Shown: positions 30,486 to 40,638 of the stretch, piece after piece
Layout of the letters: the number at the start of each line of letters is the position of its first letter
Numbering within the stretch: position 1 is the stretch's first letter
Origin: Bryobacterales bacterium
GTDB lineage: Bacteria; Acidobacteriota; Terriglobia; Bryobacterales; UBA6623
Assembly: GCA_965218555.1 (NCBI GenBank)
Contig: OZ244625.1
Coordinates: forward strand, 3,397,303-3,461,302
Direction of reading: 5' to 3'
DNA: 64,000 bases
Made by a program: the position numbers and the translations under genes
Notes under the pieces: model-generated
What the model was told of the DNA's origin: nothing
What the model saw: the letters and a program-made list of their open reading frames with translations, nothing else
Databases searched by the model: none

Positions 30486-30651
30486 GAACTAGGCTTCCCT
30501 CCCTGCGTCAGGCCGGCTCGCCGGCGCCCTCGCCGGAATGCCGGATGCCGCGCCCGTCACCGCCCTGCTACCGGGCTGCTCAGCGTGCGAGCCGGGGCCT
30601 CCCGAGCCGGACCTTTCGACGGAGTCAGTGTAATCGCTCGGCGGCTCCCAA

Positions 30652-30746
30652 GGCAACCGCCAGGCCGCCCCAAGCAGGCCCCGGCCAAGACCCAGGGGCT
30701 CCACGGGCTCTTTGCGTCCCGCCGCGGGTGGGAGGCGTCGTGCCGG
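30652..30746 (-). promoter_or_regulatory. Possible degenerate c-di-GMP-I-like riboswitch
   Basis: Minus strand reads GGCAC..CGCC-loop-GGCG.GGACGCAAAG ... GGTTGCC in the 5' leader of the Cache gene. It lacks the GNRA tetraloop and the P3 register is imperfect. Confidence 0.3.
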
Positions 30747-31086
30747 CGTCCCCCTTCCCCAAAACAGTCCCGCAAATCTGAGCCTGGATGTCTTGCTGGG
30801 ATCAAGTCGTCGGCGGTGAGAATTCCTGCGGGGGCCGGACCAGCATAGACAGGTCAGTCCCGCTGAAAGGCGGCCCTTGCAAACGCGGGGCAGCTTGCTG
30901 TGCGGCCACCCAAGCCTCGAGCGCCGCCGGATATGCAAAACCGATCGAGCTTGGATAGCTGCTCACAACCCTCTGCCTGACCCTTCTCGACTTCGAAGTC
31001 GTAGGCCCCGGACATGATTGATTTGGTCAACAGGTGTGTAAAGGAAAGTGAGTGACCAGATGAGCATCCGTCGCTTGCAGCGAATA

Positions 31087-34008
31087 CTACGGCGAGGCGA
31101 CGGACATCACCACATCCGTTGGGCTGGACTCTCCCTGGATGGTGACCGAGACGGGAGTCTTGTCTCCGGTTGTGGCGGTGTCCGGGATCCGAACCTGGAT
31201 CAGAAAGACCCCGACAAGAGCTGGAACCATGCCGGCAGAGATCACTTCCGCAGCACTGCCTCCAATCGTGACCGACACGTCTTCGATCCGATGTGCGCCT
31301 ATTACCGGAGACGTTTGACCGGTGCCAATGGGGGGCGACGTCTCTCCCTGCCCGGTGCCAAACAGGATGACCGATTCTCCCAGCCGCGCGGGCTTCGACG
31401 CACTGATAAACTGGCCACCCTCGTTGAGGACAAGGGCGGACCTGCTTCCCGCTATCAAGAACAACGCCGGCCGAGCGGGCGAGACGGCAAGTGTCGCACG
31501 AGGGCTGTCAATGCCGCCATATGAGATTGCCAGCCGCACGTTGGAGCGACCTGCAATCTCGTAGGGAACCTGTGCGTAGATTTGTTCCTCTTGCACGTAT
31601 AAGAGCGGAATTGGCTCCCCGTCGAGCAACACTCTTACATTCTCCAGGGCGACCGGCAGACGACCCGTGTCGGGGTCAACGGCTCCCCGGGCGGGTGTTT
31701 CAGGACCCAGGCCGGCGCCGAAGATGTTTATGATTTCCCCGGGGGCGACCGGCCCCGAGGCGAAACTGGCGGCATGGACTACAGCGTCGCTGGTGAAACG
31801 GGGGCCCACCGACCACACCGCGGCGCCTCCGGACCCAAAGCCGGCGATCCGGGACCCGTCAGGCGAGAATACAACACCGCTCCCCCCTCCGAGGAAAATT
31901 GTCAGCAAATCACCGGTCATGGCATCCCACATCCAGGTTGTCCCGCCGCGACTCGCGCCCGCCAGGCGCCGCCCATTCTCGGAGAATGCAGCAGATACGA
32001 AAGGGAATCTATCTCCATCCAACGTGAGCAGTGCCCCGCCGGTACGGGCATCCCAAACGTGCAACGAGCGGGATCGGCCGCCATACGTCACTACTCGTTT
32101 GCCATCCGGGGAGAACCTTGCGCCGACTCGGCTTCCAGATGTCGCCAAGCTGACAAGTTCTACGCCTGTTTCTGCGTTCCACACCTGGACTCTGTGTCTG
32201 GCAAACTGTCCGTCGATGGTAAGCAGCAACGAGCCATCGGAGGATTCTTCCAGGTAGCCAGCACCTCTTTCCGGAGTCAGGGAGAGCAGGGTTTCACCCG
32301 AGGCCCAATCCAATACTGTTGCTCCGTTGTTCGAAGCAATCAGCAAGCGTTCCCCGTCGTGCGACCAGGCCGCATACTTGTACTCCGTGTCCGCCGTCCC
32401 GCTGTCCGGATAGAATTCCAGAGGCCGTGATTCGATGTTGTCAAGGTCCCAGACTGTGATGAAAGAGTATCTCGCCGTGGCGATGCGCCGGCCATCCGGG
32501 GACCAGGCCGCGGAATTGACTTGGCTGTCGAGCGTAATCCCGGCTCCGCCCTGTGTCGCATGATCCCAGAGTTCGACAACGTTGTAGGACAGCGAATCCG
32601 AGATCGTAAGAAAACGGTCTCCGCGGGGTGAATACGACACTCGTTCGACGGGGCGTCTGGGTGGCCTCAAGCGAGAAACCGGTTCAACGCGTTCCGGCAA
32701 CTCGTAGAGTTGCATGCCCGTCCCCGCATCCCAGGCCCTGACCGAGCCGTCTCTACCCGATGTGACGATGTGGGTTCCATCGGGCGCGTAGTCCAGCGAC
32801 AAGACGGCTCCATGTTGGTGGCCCTCGAAGCGGGCCACTTCCCGGTCTGTGGCGCGGTCCCAGACGATTGCTCTGCCGTCATCGCCTGCCGCCGCGAATT
32901 GGCTCCCGTCCGGGGACCATTCAACGGCCTCAACGCTATTGAGAAAGATGTCGAGATTCAGCAACTGCGTCCCAGTTTCGACATCCCATACCTTCGCGGT
33001 GCCGTCCAGTCCCGCACTGGCGATGTAGCGTCCGTCTGGTGAAAAGTCTATATCGGTGATTGATCCGTTATGGGGTACGAAAGTAGAGTTCTCAGGACCG
33101 GGATACCACTCGACCAGTTGTTGGCCGGACTCGACATCCCACACGCGCAACGTCGACGGTTGCGCCACCGCGATGCGCTTGTCGTCAGGCGAGAAAGCTA
33201 TTCTATCGATCGGGCTTCCGGGACCGATTCGGAAATTCGATTCGTTTTCCAGCGCATGCACCAACTTCCATTCCCGCGTATCCCATACTTTCACCAAGCT
33301 ATCGTTAGCTGCTGTGGCAAGACGGCTGCCGTCAGGAGACCAGGCTAGCGGCCTTGCCCCCAATCCCGGCGCCGGATCGTGCGCCTGGAAGGCGGCAATC
33401 TCCTCGCCGTCTTCGACCCGCCACACTTTGAGCGCCCCGTCCAACTGAAGAACCGCCAAGCGTGTTCCCTCAGGCGACCAACGGACGCCATAAGGGTAAA
33501 TGGTGGTGGATAATCCTTCAAAGCTGCGCAGCAATTCTCCGCTTGATGCATCCCAAACATTCACCGCTCCGCGTTCTTGTGACGCGATACGGTTCCCTAT
33601 GGGAGACCAGACGGGCCCACGCAGCCGAAACCTCTGATGTAGATCGAAATCGAGCAGAATCTCGGTTGTCGAGATATCGAGGATGCGGTTGCCGGATAAA
33701 GTCTCAACGTATACACGATCGCCGGCAGCAGTAACAGCAATGGTGTAAATCCTCTCTCCGTCGGCAAGCCGGATGACTTCCTCGCCGGTCCTCGAGTCCC
33801 AGATGATCAAAAACTCACCCGACAGCGAGAGGATGTTGCGGCCATCCGGCGGCAAATACCGAAGAAAACGCACTTCGTCACGATGACCGGCCATCTCGAA
33901 CAAGGGAACGGGGCGAACGATCTCCTGTGCGCTAAGCAGCCCAACTGCACCCAGCACCAAAGCCGTCACCGTCCGTATCCAGAGGCGGCTCCTTGTCTTC
34001 GACCTCAT
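31087..34008 (-). CDS. Secreted WD40-repeat protein with TIGR03437-type C-terminal domain
   Basis: Signal peptide, about 14 WD40 repeats (WSPDG.RLATA..D..VKVWD) and C-terminal VVHAASF..GPVAPGE...PLLYV....IYAQVPY. Confidence 0.9.
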   Translation of the reverse strand: MRSKTRSRLWIRTVTALVLGAVGLLSAQEIVRPVPLFEMAGHRDEVRFLRYLPPDGRNILSLSGEFLIIWDSRTGEEVIRLADGERIYTIAVTAAGDRVYVETLSGNRILDISTTEILLDFDLHQRFRLRGPVWSPIGNRIASQERGAVNVWDASSGELLRSFEGLSTTIYPYGVRWSPEGTRLAVLQLDGALKVWRVEDGEEIAAFQAHDPAPGLGARPLAWSPDGSRLATAANDSLVKVWDTREWKLVHALENESNFRIGPGSPIDRIAFSPDDKRIAVAQPSTLRVWDVESGQQLVEWYPGPENSTFVPHNGSITDIDFSPDGRYIASAGLDGTAKVWDVETGTQLLNLDIFLNSVEAVEWSPDGSQFAAAGDDGRAIVWDRATDREVARFEGHQHGAVLSLDYAPDGTHIVTSGRDGSVRAWDAGTGMQLYELPERVEPVSRLRPPRRPVERVSYSPRGDRFLTISDSLSYNVVELWDHATQGGAGITLDSQVNSAAWSPDGRRIATARYSFITVWDLDNIESRPLEFYPDSGTADTEYKYAAWSHDGERLLIASNNGATVLDWASGETLLSLTPERGAGYLEESSDGSLLLTIDGQFARHRVQVWNAETGVELVSLATSGSRVGARFSPDGKRVVTYGGRSRSLHVWDARTGGALLTLDGDRFPFVSAAFSENGRRLAGASRGGTTWMWDAMTGDLLTIFLGGGSGVVFSPDGSRIAGFGSGGAAVWSVGPRFTSDAVVHAASFASGPVAPGEIINIFGAGLGPETPARGAVDPDTGRLPVALENVRVLLDGEPIPLLYVQEEQIYAQVPYEIAGRSNVRLAISYGGIDSPRATLAVSPARPALFLIAGSRSALVLNEGGQFISASKPARLGESVILFGTGQGETSPPIGTGQTSPVIGAHRIEDVSVTIGGSAAEVISAGMVPALVGVFLIQVRIPDTATTGDKTPVSVTIQGESSPTDVVMSVASP

Positions 34009-34427
34009 GCTCCCGGTGTGTCTGTTGCCCCGAGGTAATCGGCATGAATGAAGGAACCGGGTCTTTTCGCTGCTCGGTGGGTGAGTCATCATCATCTCGT
34101 TTCTCCTTGTTTGGAAACCGTTAGACCAGAGTTTGGTGGCGTTCGAGGATGACCATTCATTCGTAGAAAGCAGCGACTCTCCGAGCCGAGACATTGGCAG
34201 GCTCGGAGTGATGTCTGGTTGTTTCGCAAGGAAGATCGCTGCACGCTCCCACCGTCACATCATCGCCTCGGCCGGAAGCCCTTCATACCAGCAGTCATAC
34301 AGAGTGACGAAAAGGGCCTCCCCGAGGCTCTCTCGGTCTCTGGTTTGAACGGCACAATAAGACCCTTGCTCCTTGGTTGTGACTCCGCCGATACCGTTCT
34401 GACTATACAAAAACACTGGCCTGCTTC

Positions 34428-36890
34428 TCAACGGAGGTAGATGAACTCGTTGGTGCTCAGGAGCGCCTGAGTGTATTCCGGCCACGGGGGGTAGCCCAGG
34501 GAGGCTTCTCGGGATTGGAGGAAGGTTATGGCCTGGTCGAGTTCTTGGGAGGTGGGGTTGCGGAGCAGAGTGTCTTGGTAAAGAGCGCGGATTTTCTCTC
34601 GGGCGTTTTTGATGTGGTGGACGCGTTGGGCGAGGCTTTTGGCCTGGTAGTTGAACCATGCGCTGTTCAGGACAAAAAGTTGCTGTAGCGGCGTAGTCGT
34701 AATTTGGCGCTGCGGGGTGTGCTGGGTGGCGTCGGGGTAGTCATAGAGCTGGAAGATGGCGTGGGGGCGTCCGCGGCTGATTTTGGAATAAACGGTGCGG
34801 CGGGCTTCGCATTCGGTGTCGACGGGGTCGGACGGGCCGCCCATTGCGAGGTTCAGTTCGCCGGAAACGTGTAAAACGGCGTCCCGCCAGGATTCGATGT
34901 CGAGGCGGCGCGGGGCATAACGCCAGAGCCAACGGTTGGTGGGGTCGGCTTTGGCGGCGGTTTCGATATGGAGGCTCGCTTGGCGGTAGGCGGCCGAGAG
35001 CATGATCTCGCGGTGGAGCCACTTGAGCGACCATCTGTTTTGAACGAAGCGGGCGGCGAGGTCATTGAGCAGCTCGAGATGGGTGGGCCGCTGCCCCTGA
35101 GTGCCGAAGTCAGACGGCGTGCGGACGAGGTGCTGTCCGAAATGCCATCCCCAGACGCGGTTGACCCAGACGCGGGCGGTGAGCGGCGCGGCGTCGTTGA
35201 CGATCTTGTCGGCGAGTTCCAGCCGGCCCGAGCCTTGGCGGAAGGGCTCGAGTGCGCCCTTCGACAGCACTGTCAAAAAACGGCGCGGGACGATGTCACC
35301 AGGGTTGGCGACGTTGCCGCGGATGAAGATGGGCAGGTCGCGCGGTTGGCCGGGGCGTAGGTCGATCCAGGTGACAGTGGGTGTCGAACCGTCGATCCAT
35401 ACGCCGCAATCGACCACGGCGTGGGTGAGAGGCGTCGCGTCTTTGGCAAGCACGGCTTCCAGATTTTCGACTTCTTTTGTCATTGCGCTGACTTTTGGAT
35501 GTAGCTCGGGCGCGATGGTGTCAAGTTCCTTGAGGTTGCCGACCATGCCTTTGATGCGATAGAGGCGTTCGTGGTCCCAAACAAGCTTGTCGGCGGCGGC
35601 GGGGTCCATTGCGACGATGGGGCGCTTGACGAGCCAGGTGCTGGCGAAGACGCCGGCGAGGGCGTAGTAGTCCTTGTTGGTGATGGGGTCGAATTTGTGG
35701 TCGTGGCAGCGGGCACAGGCGACGGTGAGGCCCATCAGACCTCGCGAGACGGCATCGACGCGCTCATCCCAGTCGTCGGAGGCAAGAGTCTCGATGACAT
35801 CGCGGGAGAGGCGCGGGTCCTTGTGATACATGGGCGCGTTGCCGATGTAGCCGAGCGCGCGCATGTCGGCGGGCTCGAAGCCGGGCAACAAGTCGGCGGC
35901 GAACTGCATGCGGATAAATCGGTCGTAGGGGATGTCGCGGTTGCAGGCCTCGATGACCCAGTCGCGATAGCGCCAGGCGTAAGGGTGGGGGCGGTTGGTG
36001 GATTCGCTGGTGGGGTGGTCTTCGGCCCAACGAGCGACATCGAGCCAGTGTCGTCCCCAGCGCTCGCCGTAGCGGGGCGAGTCGAGCAGAGTGTCGATGA
36101 GGGCGGCGTAGGCTTCGGGCGACGGATCGGCGGCGAAGGACTCCACCTGGGCGTAGGTGGGCGGGAGTCCGGTGAGGTCGAAAAAGGCGCGGCGGATCAG
36201 CGTGCGGGGGTCGGCGGGGGGTGAGGGTTGGAGGTTGTTCTCGTCGAGCTTGGCAAGGATAAAGCTGTCGATCTTGCTCTCGGTCCAATCGGGGTTGGAG
36301 GTCGGGGGCGCAGGGCGCTGCCTCAGGGGTTGGAAGGCCCACCATTTACGGCCTTCTTCGATGGGAGTGCCGGGGCCTTCTTGTTTGGTTTCGCTGCTTG
36401 TCGTCTCCGCCGGCTTGGAGGTTCTGAGGTCGACCGCGCCGTCAGCGATCCATTTTCTGAAGTCGGCGATGACCTTCTCCGGCAGCTTGCCGGTGGGCGG
36501 CATTTTGAGGTTCGCGTCCTTGTAGGTAAGCGCCTTGAGCAGAACGCTTCGCTCGGGTTGACCGGGGATGACAGCGGGGCCGGATTGTCCGCCTTGGCGG
36601 AGGGCGTCGCGGGAATCGAGGCGGAGGCCGCCCATGGGTTCATCTAAAGCAGTGGAGTGGCAGGCATTACAGTGCTCGACAAGGACGGGGCGGATTTTGC
36701 GCTCGAAGTGGTCGAGTTGGGGAGATTGGGCGGAGACCAAGCCGGCGGAAACAACGAGCAGGGCTGGGATGGAAAAAAGGAGGGCAGTCCGAGGCGCGCC
36801 GTTTGTTAGCGCGCAGATCAAGAAGCGCACTCGGGCTGCGATTCGAGAGCGTCGGGGGAAGCCGCTTGACAGCGGCCTTGGGTACGTCAT
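34428..36890 (-). CDS. Planctomycete cytochrome c / DUF1549 / DUF1553 protein
   Basis: FERKIRPVL..HCNACH, YGERWGRHWLD, CARCHDHKFDP, TTPLQQL. Confidence 0.93.
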   Translation of the reverse strand: MTYPRPLSSGFPRRSRIAARVRFLICALTNGAPRTALLFSIPALLVVSAGLVSAQSPQLDHFERKIRPVLVEHCNACHSTALDEPMGGLRLDSRDALRQGGQSGPAVIPGQPERSVLLKALTYKDANLKMPPTGKLPEKVIADFRKWIADGAVDLRTSKPAETTSSETKQEGPGTPIEEGRKWWAFQPLRQRPAPPTSNPDWTESKIDSFILAKLDENNLQPSPPADPRTLIRRAFFDLTGLPPTYAQVESFAADPSPEAYAALIDTLLDSPRYGERWGRHWLDVARWAEDHPTSESTNRPHPYAWRYRDWVIEACNRDIPYDRFIRMQFAADLLPGFEPADMRALGYIGNAPMYHKDPRLSRDVIETLASDDWDERVDAVSRGLMGLTVACARCHDHKFDPITNKDYYALAGVFASTWLVKRPIVAMDPAAADKLVWDHERLYRIKGMVGNLKELDTIAPELHPKVSAMTKEVENLEAVLAKDATPLTHAVVDCGVWIDGSTPTVTWIDLRPGQPRDLPIFIRGNVANPGDIVPRRFLTVLSKGALEPFRQGSGRLELADKIVNDAAPLTARVWVNRVWGWHFGQHLVRTPSDFGTQGQRPTHLELLNDLAARFVQNRWSLKWLHREIMLSAAYRQASLHIETAAKADPTNRWLWRYAPRRLDIESWRDAVLHVSGELNLAMGGPSDPVDTECEARRTVYSKISRGRPHAIFQLYDYPDATQHTPQRQITTTPLQQLFVLNSAWFNYQAKSLAQRVHHIKNAREKIRALYQDTLLRNPTSQELDQAITFLQSREASLGYPPWPEYTQALLSTNEFIYLR

Positions 36891-37015
36891 ACAGGTCCTC
36901 TATGCCGCGAATCCGCTATGAGCTTCGCCACCCACCGACAGCGAATGTCCACCAGTCAAGAGCCGTAGCCCTGCGCGGCTTGCAGTCGCGTCATGCCGTG
37001 CCTCTACGGTTGAGA

Positions 37016-38401
37016 TCACGCCAGCAACTCCTTCAATACGCGGCCGTGGATGTCGGTCAGACGGAAGTCGCGGCCGGAGTAGCGGTAGGTGAGACGTTCG
37101 TGGTCGAAGCCGAGTTGGTTGAGGATAGTGGCATGCAAATCGTGGATCGAGACGCGGCCTTCGACGGCTTGGAAGCCGAACTCGTCGGTGGCGCCGTGGG
37201 TGACGCCGCCTCGGACGCCGCCGCCGGCCATCCACACGGTGAAGCCGTAGGGGTTGTGGTCGCGTCCGTCGCCGGCTTCGGAGACGGGCGTGCGGCCGAA
37301 TTCGCCGCCCCAGATGATGAGTGTCTCGTCAAGCAGGCCGCGGCGCTTGAGATCGGTGATGAGCGCGGCGGAGCCCTGGTCCATGTCGGGGCAGCGCTTG
37401 CGGAGCTTCTCGTTGATTTCCTTGTGGTCATCCCAAGGCTGGCCGGGGCCGTAGTAGAGGTGGACATAACGGACACCGCGTTCGACGAGGCGTCGGGCGA
37501 GCAGGCAGCCGTTGGCGAAGGGCGTTGAGCCGTATTCCTGGCGAACGGCGGCGGGTTCCTTGCGGATGTCGAAGACGTCGCTCGCCTCGAACTGCATGCG
37601 GTAGGCCGTTTCCATCGCTTGGATGCGTGCGTCGAGGAAGGCGTCGTGGCCGGTTGCTTCGCGGTGTTGGCGGTTGAGCGCCGTGAGCAGGTCGAGCTGC
37701 AGGCGCTGTGCGTCGGGGCCGAGCTTGGCGTTCCGAAGATAGCGGATCATCTTTTCCGGGTCGGCCTGGGAGTGGTTGAAATGGGTGCCCTGGTGTTCGG
37801 AGGGCAGGAAACCAGAGCGCCAGAGTTGGCTGGCGCGGGGCGAGGGGCTGAGGGCGACGAAGCCGGGTAGGTTCTGGTTCTCGGTACCGAGGCCGTAGGA
37901 GATCCATGCGCCGAGCGACGGGTGCGTCGAGGCGATGTTGCCGGAGTGGATGAGGTTGCGCGCCGGCGTGTGCGTCGGGTTGAAGGTGTACATCGAGCGG
38001 ATGATGCACAGGTCGTCGGCAACGCCGGCGAGTTTCGGGAGGAGTTCGCTGATTTCGGCTCCGCTTTGGCCGTGGCGTTGGAATGCGAAGGGCGAGGGCA
38101 GCAAGCCGCCGGTCATGCGTTCGGTGCGCAGGTCGACCGAATCGGGGCGCTGGCCGGCGTATTTATGCAGGGCGGGCTTGGGGTCGAACATGTCGATGTG
38201 CGACGGTCCGCCGGTGAGGAAGAGAAAGATGACGTGCTTGGCCTTGGGCGCGAAGTGGGGGCCGATGGGCGCGGTGGCGGCTGCGGTGCTGTCCGCGCCG
38301 AGCATGCCCGCGAGGCCGATGGCGCCGAATCCACCGCAGAGGGATTCGACGAAGGCGCGGCGGGTGAGAAGCGCGGGGCCGTTTTCGCGAAACTTGTTCA
38401 T
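37016..38401 (-). CDS. DUF1501 domain protein, Tat signal
   Basis: TRRAF, GGPSHIDMFDPKP, LARRLVERGVR, GEFGRTP, GRDHNP. An alternative GTG start at 38437 overlaps the tyrA stop. Confidence 0.92.
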   Translation of the reverse strand: MNKFRENGPALLTRRAFVESLCGGFGAIGLAGMLGADSTAAATAPIGPHFAPKAKHVIFLFLTGGPSHIDMFDPKPALHKYAGQRPDSVDLRTERMTGGLLPSPFAFQRHGQSGAEISELLPKLAGVADDLCIIRSMYTFNPTHTPARNLIHSGNIASTHPSLGAWISYGLGTENQNLPGFVALSPSPRASQLWRSGFLPSEHQGTHFNHSQADPEKMIRYLRNAKLGPDAQRLQLDLLTALNRQHREATGHDAFLDARIQAMETAYRMQFEASDVFDIRKEPAAVRQEYGSTPFANGCLLARRLVERGVRYVHLYYGPGQPWDDHKEINEKLRKRCPDMDQGSAALITDLKRRGLLDETLIIWGGEFGRTPVSEAGDGRDHNPYGFTVWMAGGGVRGGVTHGATDEFGFQAVEGRVSIHDLHATILNQLGFDHERLTYRYSGRDFRLTDIHGRVLKELLA

Positions 38402-38433
38402 GGCTGCGGCGGCTCTCTCGATTGTAGCTGGGA

Positions 38434-39285
38434 TCACTCGGAATGGAGCTTGCGGCGCAGTTGCCGGGCAGCTTCGAATTCCTCGGCGATCCGGGGGCCG
38501 GGGAGTTCATTGCGCAGCTCGGTGAGTTTTTCGATGTAGTGGTCGAGGGCTTGGGTAATGTTGGCGCTGTTGGTGGCGAGGATGTCTTTCCAGACCTCAT
38601 AGGGGCTCTCGGCGAGGCGGGTCATGTCTCGCAGGCTGGGGCCGGCGACTTGCAGTGAGTTCTCGCCAGTGACGTTTTCGGCGACAGACGAAGCGAGGGC
38701 CGTGGCGACAAGCTGGGGAAGATGCGATGTCCAGCCGACAATGCGGTCGTGTGCCGCTGCAGGAAGGACGACGGGGCGGGCACCGATCTTGCGAATCCAC
38801 GAGACGAATTCATCGACAACGGGAGCAGTCGGAAGTTGACCGTCGTGCGGGGTCAGGACGTAGGTTGCGTCCTGAAAGAGATGGGCTTCGGCGCGCTCGA
38901 TGCCGCGCTGCTCCTTGCCGGCCATGGGATGACCGCCGAGGAAGAGGGCGCCGTTTGTGAAGGAGTCGCGAGCTTGATCGACAATCCGGCACTTGGTGCT
39001 GCCGGCGTCGGTGACGAGGGAGCCGGATGGGGCAAGCCTGCTGACTTCGGGGATGACTTTGAGGATGCGAGCGATCGGTTGCGACAGGTAGATGAGGTCC
39101 GACTGGTTAACAGCCTGGTCGAGCGGCAGGCCTTTATCGATGGCGCCCCGGGCCAGAGCGGCCTCGATGGTTCGGGGAGAGCTGACGCCGAGGATGCGTC
39201 CGGTGAAGCCGGCGGCGCGGAGGGCGAGCCCGAAGGAACCTCCGATGAGGCCGACGCCTACGATGCTGACGGTTTCAATGGGCAT
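38434..39285 (-). CDS. tyrA: Prephenate/arogenate dehydrogenase
   Basis: GVGLIGGS, TDAGSTK, GGHPMAG, HD.....SHLPQ, DMTRLA. Confidence 0.93.
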   Translation of the reverse strand: MPIETVSIVGVGLIGGSFGLALRAAGFTGRILGVSSPRTIEAALARGAIDKGLPLDQAVNQSDLIYLSQPIARILKVIPEVSRLAPSGSLVTDAGSTKCRIVDQARDSFTNGALFLGGHPMAGKEQRGIERAEAHLFQDATYVLTPHDGQLPTAPVVDEFVSWIRKIGARPVVLPAAAHDRIVGWTSHLPQLVATALASSVAENVTGENSLQVAGPSLRDMTRLAESPYEVWKDILATNSANITQALDHYIEKLTELRNELPGPRIAEEFEAARQLRRKLHSE

Positions 39286-39352
39286 GCAGAACCGGTTTGG
39301 TGACAGAGGCGAAAGGGGTGAGATGTACGCCCCGGAACCTCAAGATGTCGGC

Positions 39353-39646
39353 TCACTCCGTGCGGGAAGAGACCGGATTTCGTTTTCGTTCGTGCTCCTG
39401 CAGGGCGCGCATCTCGGCCATAATCAACTCGAAGATGCGCTCGACGGCTGCATCGCTGAGCTGTCCTTTGTTGAGTTTCTTTAGTTTTTCGATCACTGCT
39501 TGCTCGCGCTTGGGCGAGAAAATCGGGATGCCGGCCTGACGCTTCAGGGGGGAGAGTCGGAGGACGCACTCAACCCGCTCGTTGAGCAGTTCGAGAAGGC
39601 GGCGATCGATTTTATCGATACGCGCGCGCCAGTCGGAAACGTCCAT
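39353..39646 (-). CDS. Chorismate mutase (AroQ type)
   Basis: R.RID.ID..LL.LLNER, P.RE, IF..IM. Confidence 0.92.
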   Translation of the reverse strand: MDVSDWRARIDKIDRRLLELLNERVECVLRLSPLKRQAGIPIFSPKREQAVIEKLKKLNKGQLSDAAVERIFELIMAEMRALQEHERKRNPVSSRTE

Positions 39647-39649
39647 CAA

Positions 39650-40471
39650 CTATCTCCCGGCCGCGGCTTCCGCCGGAACCCGCAGGCCTTCTTTGAGCCG
39701 GGCGGCGAGATCGCACATGCGGTCGGGGAGGTCGGGTACATCCTGGTGCTCTTCGATGATCCGCATGAAAGCACTGCCCACGACGGCGGCGTCCGCGTAT
39801 GGCGCGAGCGCCCGCATGTGTTCGGGCTTCGACAGGCCGAAGCCGACCGCAAGCGGCAAGTCCGTCACGCGGCGGGTTCGCTCGATAAGCCGCCGGGCTT
39901 GATCGGAAACACTCTCCCGCTCACCGGTCACCCCCGCCCTTGACACAAGATATACGAAACCCGCACTCGATTGCGACAACTTGCGGAGGCGATCGTCGGG
40001 CGTCGTTTGCGAAACGAGGAAGATGGGGTCGAGGCGGTGCTTGCGCATTTCGGCCAGGTAGAGACCGGCTTCTTCGATATTCAGGTCCGTCAACAACGCG
40101 CCGTCGGCGCCAGCAACCGCGGCGTCGGAGGCGAAGCGGGCGAAGCCGTATCTCATGACCGGATTGAGGTAGGTGAAGATGATGACCGGGATTTCCGAGC
40201 GTTTGCGGAGATTGCGGAGGATGCCGAGAACCTTCGGGAACGTCGTGCCGGCACGGAGCGCGCGCTCGCCGGCTTTCTGGATGACTGGGCCGTCGGCGAT
40301 GGGATCGGAAAAGGGAACGCCGAGCTCGATGATGTCCGCGCCGCCTTGCTGGAGCGCGAGGATGAGCTGGACGGTGTGGTCGGGCGACGGGTCGCCCGCA
40401 GTGATATAGGCGACGAGGCCTCTGGTGTTCTCGCGGCGGAGGCGCTCAAAGGCGGAAGTGATGCGTTTCAT
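39650..40471 (-). CDS. trpA: Tryptophan synthase alpha chain
   Basis: YITAGDP, ELGVPFSDPIADGPVIQ, GVTG, VGFG. Confidence 0.97.
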   Translation of the reverse strand: MKRITSAFERLRRENTRGLVAYITAGDPSPDHTVQLILALQQGGADIIELGVPFSDPIADGPVIQKAGERALRAGTTFPKVLGILRNLRKRSEIPVIIFTYLNPVMRYGFARFASDAAVAGADGALLTDLNIEEAGLYLAEMRKHRLDPIFLVSQTTPDDRLRKLSQSSAGFVYLVSRAGVTGERESVSDQARRLIERTRRVTDLPLAVGFGLSKPEHMRALAPYADAAVVGSAFMRIIEEHQDVPDLPDRMCDLAARLKEGLRVPAEAAAGR

Positions 40472-40638
40472 TCGGATATCGGTGTGGCGAGATTCGCGGC
40501 CTGTGTGCTGGTGACTATCCGTCGTTCTTCGCTTAAGAACATACCGCCTCGATCGTCAATCCTGGTACGGCGTGAAAAAAGGTAAGAGGCGCCGAAGAGA
40601 AGTATTGTACTGTTGCGACAGCCTGTCAGCTGCGCGGG

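Noticed and set aside
30800-30840. Cobalamin riboswitch (GGTGAGAATTCC)
   Set aside because: The AGGGAA and ACTG/B12-box elements are missing and there is no B12-related gene downstream.
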